Origin: Lama guanicoe
Lineage: Eukaryota
NCBI GenBank assembly: GCA_013239625.1
Contig: MU056050.1
Coordinates: 1,970,084 to 2,034,083 of the forward strand
Direction: 5' to 3'
Length of the DNA: 64,000 bases
The translations under genes and the position numbers were made by a program. The stretch's first letter is position 1, and each line of letters opens with the position of its first letter. Shown here in pieces: positions 41,317-54,352 of the stretch. The notes under the pieces were generated by a model, which ran no database searches, had not been told where the DNA came from, and was given only the letters and a program-made list of their open reading frames with translations.

Positions 41317-44300
41317 TAGATCTGCTTTTCCTTCTTTTGGGACCCGGGGACGTCATTTGCATTTTGCTTGTGGGACTTGGAGTATGTGCTGTCGGGGGCG
41401 ATTGCCTCAGTAGATATTTTAGGGGCTCTAGTCAGTCCAGGTTTCATGCGACATAAATCAGCTCCCGGAGGATCCGGCTGAGGGAGGGACTTAAGGCAGT
41501 GCACAAAACTCTGTCGTGAATAATGTTTGATGCAAAAGTTTCATTTTCCTCTGTGTTAAACTGGTGTTCCCTCCTCCACAATCCCTCCACCCACCCCCCC
41601 GCCTTTTGAGGGGCTGGGGAAAAAATAGCATGGTTGTTCAGGGAAATTTCTTAAGATGGGGTTTTAAAAAAAGAAGCCTCTTGATTGAGTCAATTCAGGA
41701 TGTACACTACTTGACTGTTAAAGCTAGCGCCTGGCTTTAGGAATGAGCTGAATTTGACAATTACCTAATATGAAGGAGCCAAATATGAGAATATCTGCAA
41801 ACAAGTGACCTTGAGAGGCAGATCAGGCTGGGTTCCCTGGCCTCTTTGTGTCCTAGAATATCACCTTTCTTACCGAGAGAGCTCTGATACAAACTGATAA
41901 GACTACAAACTGATTACAAGTGATGAATGCCTGGCAAACTGAGGGGAAGGAAGAAAGTGCTCCGGTGACTATTTGGAAAGCTACTTCTGTTCTGTCTCCC
42001 CTAGCGCTGTTCGCCCCCATCATTGTTAAGGACACCACAGTTCTTAACTTAGAGCAGAGGGTGGAAGGGGGAGGCTTGCAGCAGGAAAACTGAATATAAA
42101 AAGGGAGGAATTTCATCAGCCCCAAAGCTGGTTCTGAAACTGCTAGTTGTGTACCATGATTGTTCCTGTGGAAAGGGGACATTTTGAGAAGTAAAACCAC
42201 GAGAACCCGAATGACAGCCTGTTGGACACAGGTTTTTCTTGAATAGAAGGTTTTATGAGAAAGACGGATTATTCTTCATCTAAGCGTATTTCACTAAAAG
42301 TTTTCACAGCAATGAGGCTGATGATGGTATTAATATGTTTTGCTTTTATGATTGGTGTAGTCTGGAATTTTTGGTTTTTGGTTTTCCTTCAGGGAAAAAA
42401 ATGATATTTCTTCTGTTTGGTTGGTGAAACTTTGTATATGACTTTCTTCAAATTCTTCTGCCTCAAAGGATATGTGTGTGATTTCCAAAAACTGTTCAAA
42501 GGGCCTCCAAGGGCACAGGCTCCCTGGATTTGAAAACATAGGTCAAGGGGATGGAGGTGAAGTACTTTGCAAGAAATTGTGACAGTTATCAGCTTTAAGA
42601 AAAATTTAGCTGAAAGTACAGATCCTTATATGAACATGTTCTGAGATTCTCTGTATTTGACATTCTTTGGCTTTCCGACATTGACAAAAATAGGAACTTA
42701 TTAATTCCAGCTAAGTGTGAAAGTTACAAAATGTCTGTCTATACTTTGCATCTTATTTCGGTAATCCCAGCCTGTCTCTATAGCACACTTACAACACACA
42801 TCTGACTCTTAATCCTGCAGTGCTGTGATCTTGTCAAGAGGCTGGATTTCAAATGCAGCTTCCTAAGTATCAATTAGAACAGGTTTAAAACCAAATACAT
42901 GAAACTACCCAGATTTATTATTATTAATAATGAATGATATTTATTTCAACCCACTTTAGTGTCTTTCCACTGATGAGGACTGAGATAAGAGTGCTAATTA
43001 ACTTCTCAGGAATGATTGATTTCCAAGGTTTTTGGTCTTGTATTTTGTGGTCAAATCAGATTGACACTCGCCCGCTCAGGGCCATCAAAACCTACTCAAG
43101 GAGTAGCTAGGAAATGATCCTTGCCATGTGAAAAGCTCAGGTTTGAGAACAGGCAGTAAGTCATCCATATGGGTGTTGAGTTGCCTTAATGCCTTACCTC
43201 TCAGGGCAATGAAGGAACAGCCATGAAAGGAAAAGAAATTGATCAACCCCCTCCCCCAATCCACAGCACTTCAGCTCACAAGCTTACAAAGCTGGGTTAT
43301 GGCTGGGGTTTGGAAGTGTGGGATAAGGGGTGTGACTCACTCGGCAACAGGAAAGACAACACAAAAAGATGACCTTGCCTTTAGTTCTACCAAATACACA
43401 CATATGCACACACACAGGAGAAATTTCCAGAAACCAGTGATGTGTACCCAGCTGCCTGTTGCACACTCAGACTTAGCAGCTCCAAAGACAGAGGAGGAAA
43501 GCTGTCATCTTCTCTGGTCCCCAAAACAGTCCTCTCTGAATGTCACAATCATTGAATGGGGGCCAGATCTCAAAGCTGTCTCCTGGCAGCTGCTGCCTAG
43601 GATCTTAGTATGAGAAAAATGACTAGTCCAACCACAGTCTGATAGTCTCTGAATGCAGAAAACAGTCATTTGATGAGGCCAGGGAAGCCCTGCAGTTCTA
43701 TCTCATTTCATTCACTGGCTTTGAATGTTCTCTTTCTCATGGCAGTGAAGATCACATACACAGATGTTGGCATATAATACTACTTCAGCACTAAAGTCTG
43801 GTAGGTGACCCCAGGTTCCATTCTTACAGTTGATTGCACTGCTCCACTGAGGAGAAAAAGCCCTGGATCTTCTGGCCTGCCCTTCCTTGGAGACCTAAGG
43901 AGAATTTGAGTAACCCCAGATAAGTCCAGATCTTGTCACCCATCTCTCCTATCGGGTTCAATATGGAATAGGATGGCAAAAATTAAAGCAACTTTCCCCT
44001 GTTCCTATTCCAAATTCCTAGTTTCAGCTTCCCCTGACACTAGCATTGATTTCTTCCCATGATCTTTCCTGCATTCTCAATCTTGCAGCAGGCACACACT
44101 TTTGAGGACATAGATATGCAGGTAAACAAATACCCAAAGAATAAATAAAAGGTAGTACCTTCTGTATGTGTCCCTGCTCTCTGCGCTCCCTCCCCCAATG
44201 TATTCGGAAGGTTTCCTTACAATGAATCCCCAGGCATCCGTTATTTAAAGACTCTTCTTCACCAGAAACCGTTGGTATTTTTTTTTTTTGCACAACTCCC

Positions 44301-47300
44301 AAAAGGTTTGCTTAAGACAGACTCCAACTTCATTCCCCGTCTTAAGAAGCCAATAAAAGCATCTTTGGCTTTGAAAGGTGGTTCATTGGGGATCTCAGCT
44401 CAGAGGTGAATTGAAGTTTATCCAAGAGACTCATCTGATTTGGAGCACATGTTCCTATTTTATAGGGATTAATTGAGTTTGTCGCCTTATTTTTCAATTT
44501 GGCTAGGTAGCCACAGGAAGAAAGATGGTGTGAATATTATGATTTCAGGACACATACATTCTTACATATGCAGAGGCACCCATAGACACATAATCCATAT
44601 ATATCAAAAGAGATGTACACACATGTCTGTTCTTTAAAAGACAGATTTGATCATCCTAGGGCTCTGGGGGACATGGAAACACCAGGGACTGCTGGGTCCC
44701 CCTGGCATGGCTTTGCTGCCCTGGTTCCTCAGGAAATGCCTCCGATTCCCTTGAAGTCCCCTCTTGTGTCTTGCTGCTGTGCACTTGTAGTGCATTCCAC
44801 ACTACATCGCCCCAGCCTCTGCAGTGTCAGCTCATTAGCACACAGATCTCATATTCCCTCTCCGCACTGTCATTGCAAAAATTGCTGTTGTACACCTTTA
44901 CAGCCAACAAATGTGCTCGTGGATTACGCACTGTTTGCAAGAAGCAAGGAAAAGGCAAATGTAACAAAGGTTATTCACCACGGAATTGTGCTCTTAACGC
45001 ATTGGCTTAAATAAAAATCTGTTTGTTGATGGAGGCACAGTAGTGATGGTGGAACTGAGAGTGGGACTTAAGAGTGCAGGCTCTAATGGAGCCCCAGGCA
45101 GAATCCCTTTTGCTGGCTAAATCTAACTCATCAGCTGCAAATTTTTATTCCATTAAATCTTTTTTCGAGCCATTTGAAATACACCTGCTAACTGAGAGCA
45201 CGCTCCTTTTATAACTGAGAGCGTTTCGCTACCAAGTGTACTTAGCTGAGACGGGTTTCCGTCTCTTGCCCACAGAGTCACAATCTAATTATATAATTAT
45301 TCTAATTGCCAGGATCCATTTAACTGTTTAAGTCCATTTGGGAAAGAAATGTCTCCCCTGATCCTATTCTCTGCTCTTTGGTAGGTTTGGTTTTGTTTGT
45401 TCTTTTCATGTAATCTTTGGAACCAGGGTGAAGCCCCGCGGTCTCACCACTCCTGCCTTCAAACAGATCTTCACACACTAACCAATATCAATTGCATCAG
45501 CTCCACCTCCACCTCCCACTCTCAACTCCCCCATCTTTGCTCCTCTGCTGTTCTCTGGCTCTTTCTTTGCTGGCCAGTCTTCAACAGGCTCGCTGGCTGA
45601 GCTCACTTCTCAGCCCCTCTGGCCAGCTGGCTTAGCCCAGTGAAGCACAAAGAGGTCGCCTTCCATGGTGCCAGTCAAAGATTTAAGTCACCTTCTCACA
45701 AGGTTTATTATGGTTTTTCTTTAATCTATTTTTTATGTGGCGAGGAGGGAGGAAGGTGATGCTGTTCATTTGGGCCATAAAAATAGATGGCAATCAGCAG
45801 GCTGGAAAGGTGAGCTTCCAGCAAATTGTACTACCTCCCCTAGAAGGCAGCTTCCTGCTGATCTACTGAGGGGGTGGGCGGGTGGCAAGAAGAGGTTGAG
45901 GGGTAGGAACGAAAAAAAAACGACTTTGCTGTCCATCTATGCCTACTATAAAGTGAGCCATGTCTTTTTTTTTCTCTCACCAATTTAATTATTTTCCTTA
46001 AAATGCAACTAGTTTCTCACATCCCCCACTTCTGCACTTCCTTAATTCTGTATTTCCCTCCCTACTCCCCAAGACTGAGAATACTGGGGGTTGGTTGAGA
46101 TTTTTGTGATATATTTTTGGTTCCTGATATATTTTGAAGTTTCCAGATTACAAGGAGTCAGAGGTGATTGGCTGGTTTCAGTTGAACAGATTGAAAACTA
46201 AATGAAGCTTCTGAGGCATCGCTATTAGTCTTCCTTTGTGGGTAAGAGATTTAAAGGATTAAAAGACAGCATGGATTTTAAGAGAGGGCCGGAATTTTCG
46301 AAGGTAGCATTTATAACTTCAGGGGAGGGGGACACACAGGCTAATTCAGATGATTTAACTTTGAACTTAGACTGAGACAGCAAATATATTTGAAGGACCT
46401 GTCATAAAACTTTCTCTCTTCTCTGAAGGTCAGGAAAATGATTTGCTTACTTTACCTGGCCCATTAAAAAGAAACAAGTTTTGACTTGTTCCTTTGGCTT
46501 TGACACTTCGGGTCTCAGTGGTGAAATGTCCACAGGAGGGTGCAATGAAAATCCTAGGTGGGGACTCTGGGTGTTTTCCAGCCGGAGTGTGGGAGTTGTG
46601 CAGACACAAGAGGAAGTCCCTCCCTGCTTAGGAGTTGTCTGCACTCCAGTCAAAGACTTACCGATAGCTTCAGCCTGGGTGTGGCTGCGCCTTGAGCTTG
46701 GGCAGCAGCCCCCCAAAGGGGCCATTACTTGGCCAAAGGTTATCATGAGCAGAATCTGTCTGCTCACACTTCTCCCTCTTCTCTTGCCAGTATTTTCCCG
46801 TCCTGCTCTGCCTGCCCAGCCCAGGCCTTTCTGCTGGTCTGACTGGCCCCTGATTCTGATATCCCATCCACAGTAAACTTACATAGGAACTGTTTCCCGT
46901 TCTGGACTTTCCCAGACCTAACGCTGCTTCTCCATCAGGATGTCTCTGTTCTTGGTCCCTCCTCCTCAGGACCTGTCCTCTACTTTGGGGGGTGACAGCT
47001 TTTTATCGAATATAAGAATATAAGCTGAAATTGGCTGATAAGGGGTTAATATATCTAACTGGGGAGTATTTGCTTTAAAACTAGGGACTCTGGGAACCAT
47101 AATGCCTCAATTCTAAGGAAGGATACTCAAATGGGGGTGTTTCTGGACATGAGGTACAGAGTAGCTAGCTGTTCATGCTACCCAAGCCAGAGATCAGCTG
47201 ACCCTGGTCTTGGAAGACTTCTACAGGCCAAAGTCAAAAGCTGCCTGTGTGTGGTGGGTTCGATATAAGGACACCCAAGACTTAGGGCAGGTGCAGCTTG

Positions 47301-47468
47301 ACCATGTTGAATTTTTTCTTAAAAAAAAAAAAGCCTTTGTGGTAATTTGGGAAGCAGCCAAAGTTCACAGGGATTCATTTTATTAAGGAAGTAAATGGAT
47401 ACAGCTTTTTGTATGTCAATCATGCCTCAATAAACTGGTTTCTTTAAAAGTATAAACTTTTTAAAGGT

Positions 47469-47502
47469 ACTGCTATAACTCAATAAAAAATGTTAAAAAA
47501 AA
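47469..47502 (+). mobile_element. Extremely truncated L1 tail insertion
   Basis: ctataactcaataaaaaatgttaaaaaaaa resembles the terminus of the nested L1 (ttataaatcaataaaaatgttaaaaaa). Flanked by AAAGGT at 47463-47468 and 47503-47508. Confidence 0.6.
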
Positions 47503-48022
47503 AAAGGTTGGGGTAGAATCTGAAGGTGCCTATGTGGGCTTTAGCAGGAGATGCGCTGGCATGGAGAGCCATCACAGGAGGGGACAAAGGTGGGGAGGAA
47601 GCTGGCTCTCAGAATGAAAGCCTCCTCTCCCTAGGATGGCATGTAGAATGCAGTGATTATGAGGCGGCATCTACCTCTGGAGAAACTCGGAAGGCGAGCT
47701 GAGCAGTGTCTCCTCCCTGCTCCCTCCATCCCTTCCTTGCCTTTTCTCAAGTGTACACTCTGGCCCTTCCCAATGGAAATAACCAGAATACTCTCTTCTA
47801 GAATTCTGTTTGAGCCTTGGCCAGAGACATGCTTATAGCCCTCTGTCTGAACTTCCCTTCCCTTCAGTTCCTGACTGCCATTGGCTTCTTTAGCACTTGT
47901 CCTCAATATAACCATCATTTGTCCTTATTTGGAGGGGACATGAGAACCAGAGTAAGGGGAGAGGAGAGGAAACACAGCTGGCCATGACCCCTTAACCCTA
48001 CAGGGCACAATTCAGTCTAGAA

Positions 48023-48185
48023 CAGCACTTCTCAGCATTTTACATGCACACCAGCCACCTGGGGATCTTGTTAAAATGAAGATTCTGACTCAGTTGGTCT
48101 TCAGTGTCCAAGAATTTGCATTTCTAGCAAGCTCCCAGTTGATGCCAATCCTGCTGGTACTTAAACTACACTTTGCATAAGAAGA
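48023..48185. mobile_element. MER5A-like element
   Basis: cacctggggatcttgttaaaatgaagattctgactcagt...tttgcatttctagcaagctcccag. Confidence 0.8.
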
Positions 48186-49794
48186 GTCCAGGGCACTGAG
48201 GCTGTGATTACCAAAGAAAAAGGCTCTCCCAGACCACCTCTTACCCACATCTGTACCTTCTTGCCTTCCAGAGAAGGTTCTATGAGAGACATATTTGGCC
48301 CATTCTGACTAAAATATGTCCCTATCACATTCCCAACAACCCTGTGTTCATTTCAGCCACATCTGGAGGTTGCATGACTAGATGTCTGATGAGAGCATCT
48401 ACTTCAAGTTGCTTTTTGTAGGGATTTGGAATGGGGACTGGAAGGCAGGCTGAGAGAGGAGGTAGCTCATGAGCAAGTATGACAGTATCTTGGCTCCTTG
48501 CCATATCCCAAAGTGTCCCTTTTAGAAACAACCTGCCCAAGAGAGCTAAGGTTGGCATGCAGTTCCAACTACCTTTCCACTTTGCTTCTCTGGGTCAAGG
48601 CATGCCAGAAGGGGGCATGTAGCATCTGCTCCTCAGCTGTCTGACTTCCCTTCAACAGGGTTAGAAACATGAAGTACAACACAACGCAAATTCTGTCTGC
48701 TTCCCTAAGAGCCTGAAAAATTGACTCCATTTTCAAGGCCAGTGCCAGGCACTCATTGTGAGACAGAGGATGGGGGGGGCGGGGGCAAGTAGTGTCACTT
48801 TCTGACATATTTGAGCTGAGGACTGCTCCAGGGAAGTCATGAAAAGCTCAACCAGTGTCTTTTGAGGACTACCAAATGGCACCCTCTTACCCAAAATATT
48901 GCCCCCCAACAGTCTGCCATTAGTCTGGAAATCCACAAAAATTTATTTGTGTTCCTGCACTGAAGGCCTGTGCTAAAATGCCAGCATGCTATCTGGAAGG
49001 GGATGAGTTTAATCCTTATCAGCCATCCATATTTCAACCAGAATTCTTTGCTCAGATCACCACCTGTTACCTTGCAGGCTCCTCCTCCGAGGTTTACCAA
49101 GACAGGTAAGTGACCTAGAAGAAGGCGCCTGCCCAAGAAATGGGGTGCCAAATGGATGGTGGGCATTCAGGGAAGACAGGGAGATTCTTGAAGATGAGGA
49201 AGCGTCCCTCAGATACACATCATCTAGTTTGCAACAATTGACCCTCTCCATAGATAAATTCTGATAGTTTATTTGCTAAGGTTTTAGTTGCTTTTGACAC
49301 TTCAAGTCACACCTTTCTGATGGTAGTGGGTCTGCTCTCTCTTCCGTGCATGGTTGTTTGTTGTGATGGGTGATCGTAGCCTCTGGATTCCCCACAATTA
49401 CTGTGGGATATTTTCAGAAGTATAATCAGATCGTGATAGGGGGTGGTGAGGATTTTTTTTTAACCTTTTAAAAAATGTTTCAATCAAAAACAGTTCCCTG
49501 TCAGTTAACTATGATTGATTGATCTACCTTGCCAATTACTCATTGCAATCAGGGCCCTCATACTTGCAGCTGCCCAGAAAGGGATCCAGCTACCAATAAT
49601 GGATGAGACAGGAAGAGATCAGGACCCAGCCCACAGAAGAATAATTGGGTGGATGTGGGTTTCTGTGTGGATGAACAGCTTTGTACATTTAAGATAGTAA
49701 GTGAATATCCAGTCAGTCAGAACCTGTTATAGATTCTCAAATATTCTTACATCTTATTACTATTTCCAAGGCTACTTGTTGGTTAGTTGAAAAC

Positions 49795-49962
49795 ATTGTT
49801 TCTTGAATTGGACCACTTGTAGCAGAATCACCAGAGATGCTTGTTAAACATATGAATTCTTAGGTCACACTCCAGACATATTAAGTCAGAAGATATAAGG
49901 ACAGGACTTTTTAACAAGCTCTATGGGTGATTCTTATGCACACTCAATTTGGGAATCACTAG
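49795..49962. mobile_element. MER5-like element
   Basis: agaatcaccagagatgcttgttaaa...ttttaacaagctc...gtgattcttatgcacactcaatttgggaatcact. Confidence 0.7.
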
Positions 49963-52659
49963 TTTAATTAGCCTTGGTACTGCAAGCAGAGATCTATGGA
50001 TTCAGACTGAATATTTGTCAAGCACGCACTGAGCACTAGACATTGTACCAGGCACTTTCACACATGGTTCTTCTGTGAGGTGCTGTTGGCCCATGCAAGC
50101 ATTAGTGAGTTTGGCTCTCAGATTGGAAAATTCAAGACTTGCAAGCACTAAGAGACTAGCCTCAAGTCACAGTCTCTGACATGAGCAAAGCAAAAATGTT
50201 CTTTGAGATGGTAAATAGAGACAAGGAACTGATTTACATTTTGACAATGCTTCTTCCCTTCTTTGCTTGTTAGCTAATGACCAGTCCTTAGCCATGCTAT
50301 AAAGGAGATGTCATGGTAAATGCCAACCCATTTGTTAAAAATAGATGCATTGCAATCAGTTTACATAGCATTCATTGTGGCCATCCTTGCTATCAACAAA
50401 TTTAAAACCAGGGCTGAAATAATAATAATAACTCCCATTCACTGAACCCATGCCATGTGGAAGACATTGCATTAAGCATTTTACATACCTTAGCTCATGG
50501 AGTCATCACAACCTTGCTGGAAAGGAGCTACTCTCATCCCCATTTTTTAAAAGAGGAATCGGAGGTGGTTCACAATATATATAAACGACTAGCTCAAAGT
50601 CACACAGCTGGCTAATTAGTGAAGCCAGGATTCTACCTGAGATCTTCGTGCCTCTAGGGGTTGAAATCGCAATTGATTACGGGGGCCAGGTGGATCACAT
50701 AAATGTGGAAGTTGGGCTAGGTATGGAGTGGTGGGGCCTGTGGCAGTCTGGAGGGTCTGTGTTGCTACCTGAAGACATTCAAATCCAAACCACTGTGGGA
50801 CAAACATCTGCAACAGGACTTGGGGTGGTGGGAGGTGGAAGGTACCAGTCTCTGACCTCTGTGTTCCCCTATCCATCTCCCTCTCACAGCTAAGTTACTG
50901 GTTGAGGGAAGCTCTGTTAACTGGTAGTTATAAATACTGAGAAAAACAGAAAAATCTCTCCTTGGTAAGCAAACAAACAAACAAAGACCTGTCTTGACTT
51001 TCCCTTCTTAGTGTTCCATCAAGCTAACTCAATATAGCGGAACTTTCTGTTGTCCTTATGGCCCTACATGCAGACATTGTATATCAAGTGGCCTTTCACG
51101 GTTGAGTGCCAGCTCAACTCTGACTAATCTTCTCCCAGGCAATGCTGAGGCCTGCAGCAAGGTCAGAACGCTGGCACAGACTCATTCACAAGTGCTCAGC
51201 AGGTCAAAAGTGGTACTTCCAGGGGGTGCTATAGGGGAAATGACTTAGATTCTGGTACACGCAAATCGCAGGCCCACAACTGGGAGGCTGCTGGGTCAGG
51301 TAAGGTTCTTTCAACATTTACCCAGGGGGACACCCCAAGACAGAGGCTCACCAACTTCAGACGGGTCCAAAATAGAGACTTAACATAAGTTGCCTGGAGT
51401 TATAAACTGACCTAAGCCAACTGGTCATTCACAATCATCAGGCGGGTTTTGTTGGATATCAGTAGCCTACCTTCATTAGAAGGAGGGCTATGGGTCTTCT
51501 TCCCCATAACCTCAATACCAGGTGTAAAAGTAAGCCTCAGACAAAATTCTTTTTCTCATTAAAATAATGGCAAGCAGGCATAAAAATAATTGGACTGCCT
51601 GTTCAGTAGGCTCAGTCAAGTCCAGCTCCCTTTCCTTTTAGGTACACCAACAGCACCTTGCATGAAGGTTCACTTGAGGCAGAGAAAACAATACCCTAGT
51701 GGCAGGATGCAGCTAACCAAGAATCCTCAACAGTGGCTGCGCACAGGACTATTTACAAATTAAGCCTCGGGTGCCATTCTAAGGGATAACACTATAGAGC
51801 TTGCTAGAGCCTTCTATCTCCTTCCTGCTAGTTGGGGAACACCTCTACCATATTTCTAGCCAATCCACATATGTTAAACACTGCTGATTTCACCAATGAG
51901 AAATTTAATGTTAATTAACAAAGCCTCTGGTGTTCAGAGATACCTGAAGTGCTTGTAGAACCACTTCTTGATTAGAATTATTAAATGCTGGATAACCACT
52001 CCTGCACTGTGTATTTCCCAATAGGGGTAACTGACCACCCCAAGGGTGTAGATTCAGACTGAATAAGCCATATATATATCACCCAATTTATGCTGAAGTC
52101 TTATACAGTAAATTACAGAAAATATAACATTTGAGATACCATGTTTCTTATGGCCTTGGGAAACAGTAAAAGCTGTAGGGGGATATGGAGTCCAGTGGAA
52201 TGAACAACGGAGCAAGAATTAGGAGATCTGAGGTCCACTCTCAACTCTGCCACCTACTGCCTTGATGACCTTGGCCAAGCCACTCCATTCTCTGCTTCTA
52301 GTTTTTATCATTTTTCATTTGTGTTATGTACACATACACACCTATTGTGTATGTGAATATGTGTGTGTGTGTGTCATTGCTTACTGTAAAATGGGGAGGC
52401 TCTTCTGGATGATGTCTGAGGAGGCTGCCATTTTTCACATCCAGCCATTCAGTCTTGTCCAATTCCTACAATCTCCCCTTCTGGTAATAATCTCACTTCA
52501 TTGCTTACAGAGGAAAGATCATCCAAAATGAAGCACCTCGGATTCTTCTACTACATCTAGAAACTTCTCTTCATATTCATCTAGTCTCTGCCTTTATAAG
52601 ACTATGATGAAACTATTGAATCCTTGAAACCAGTGGGCAGTGCTTCCAGTCAGCTGGGG

Positions 52660-52860
52660 CTCATCCCTGCCTGCACCCTAGCTCTTCTACTTACTAGCTG
52701 TGAAACCTTGGGGCAAGTCACTTAACTTGACTGTGCCTCAGATTTCCCAGTTAGAAAGTGGGGGTAATGATAGCCCTCGCCTCCTGAGGTTATTAGGCGT
52801 TTTAATTCTCAAATCCACGTGAAATACTTAGAACAGTGCCTGGCACATACTGGATATTAT
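52660..52860 (+). mobile_element. MIR SINE
   Basis: acttactagctgtgaaaccttggggcaagtcacttaac...tagaacagtgcctggcacat. Confidence 0.8.
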
Positions 52861-54139
52861 TATTATCAGCATAATCATTAGTTTAAAATCCTTTGAGCTT
52901 TTTGCCCTAAAAACAGAAACCTAGTTTCATTTGAAAAGTAAAATCTCTTGTCACTTCAGGGATCAGATTTCCTTCCTGAGCAGCTGCCCTCTGAGCCTTT
53001 CTATAGTTCTCAGCTCGTCCCCAAACCCAAGATTATTTTTTCGGCCAAGAACGCCATCACAGCACCCTCTCAGATCACTAGCCCACCACGGTGACCCCCT
53101 ACATCTCTCACCCCTGCATCCAAATTTGCCCACCCAGCTTGCCTCTTGTGAGCGACAGCTCAGACATTCTGTGATCAAAAACTCAGATTCATTTTTCTAC
53201 ATAATCCAAGAACTGCAGGTTCAAATAAGCTGTCTTCATCTCTAACCCCATCTGCTTCCAATCACAAAATGAGTCATCCTTTCTGTTCTTTTATGACAAT
53301 CCATTATCCAAACAATACACATGTAGTCCCCCTGACTTCCGATAGGCCCAGGAGGGGTCCACATGTTTTCTCATGGTTAATTCGGAAGAAAACACTTGGG
53401 CCAAGCACCCGGGGGACTGACTGGCTCTGCAGCCAGACCCTGGAGCTTCTCTTAGAAATGGGACTGTCCACTGAGGGACACAGGAAGAGCAACAAGGAAC
53501 TGCCTGAGGCCTCACCGGAGGACTGGGACTGCAGGACCATTGGAGAGAGGGATTTCTCCATGGGTCCTGGAGTCAAGAGCCCAGGGAGCTGAGGGGAGAG
53601 GCACTCCACACTGCCTGTCCTCCTCTGGAGCAGGCATTGTCCTGGCACTTACACACTGCATCCATCTTCCCCTGGTCCTTCCGACTTCCTGGTAACACTT
53701 CACATTAGACAATCATTTCAGTCTCTTGCCATCCAGATGATGACAGCTCAACAGAAACCCACTTCTGGCACATCTCTGAATCTAGTTACCCCTTTGACTA
53801 AATATCACAGACTCTTACAAGAGTTCAGTGAACTTTGTGCAAGAGTTGCTAAGAGTGTCCTTTGATCTCCTGGTTTCTGTCAGTCCCCACTCTTACTGCC
53901 CCCAATTCTTCCCTCTACTGCCTCTAGATGGATAGAACATGAGGAGAAGGAAGCAATGAGGAAAGCTGAGCTTTCTCCTGGGTAAAGAGAACCGGAGCAT
54001 ACAGTCTCTCCTGGCTCCTGGGTTTGGCACCTAACTCTCTGGAGAAATGGGTTGCTCTTTGGCCCTGGCCTAGCAGAAAGCTATTTCTCCTAATTTGTTT
54101 GGAGCGACCAGAGGGCAAAGAATGGCTCCAATTTGGACC

Positions 54140-54352
54140 GCCTGCATTTGGCTCTGTCTCTTATTCACTATGTGACCTTGGGCAAATTACTTAACATCTC
54201 TGAGCCTCAGTCTCCTCATTTGTGAAATGAAGGTGACTATAATAGTAACTACCTCATAAAGTTGCTGTGAAGATTAAATGAGATTATTCATGTAAACTAT
54301 TGACCATGATGCCTGGCGTGTAGTAAGTGTTCAATAAATGGTAACTATTATT
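54140..54352 (+). mobile_element. MIR SINE
   Basis: tgtgaccttgggcaaattacttaacatctctgagcctcagt...tagtaagtgttcaataaatggta. Confidence 0.85.

Noticed and set aside
54103..54119. CTCF-like motif agcgaccagagggcaaa (similar weak hits near 36786 and 51217)
   Set aside because: Partial matches are expected by chance in 64 kb; cannot be supported without scoring or ChIP.
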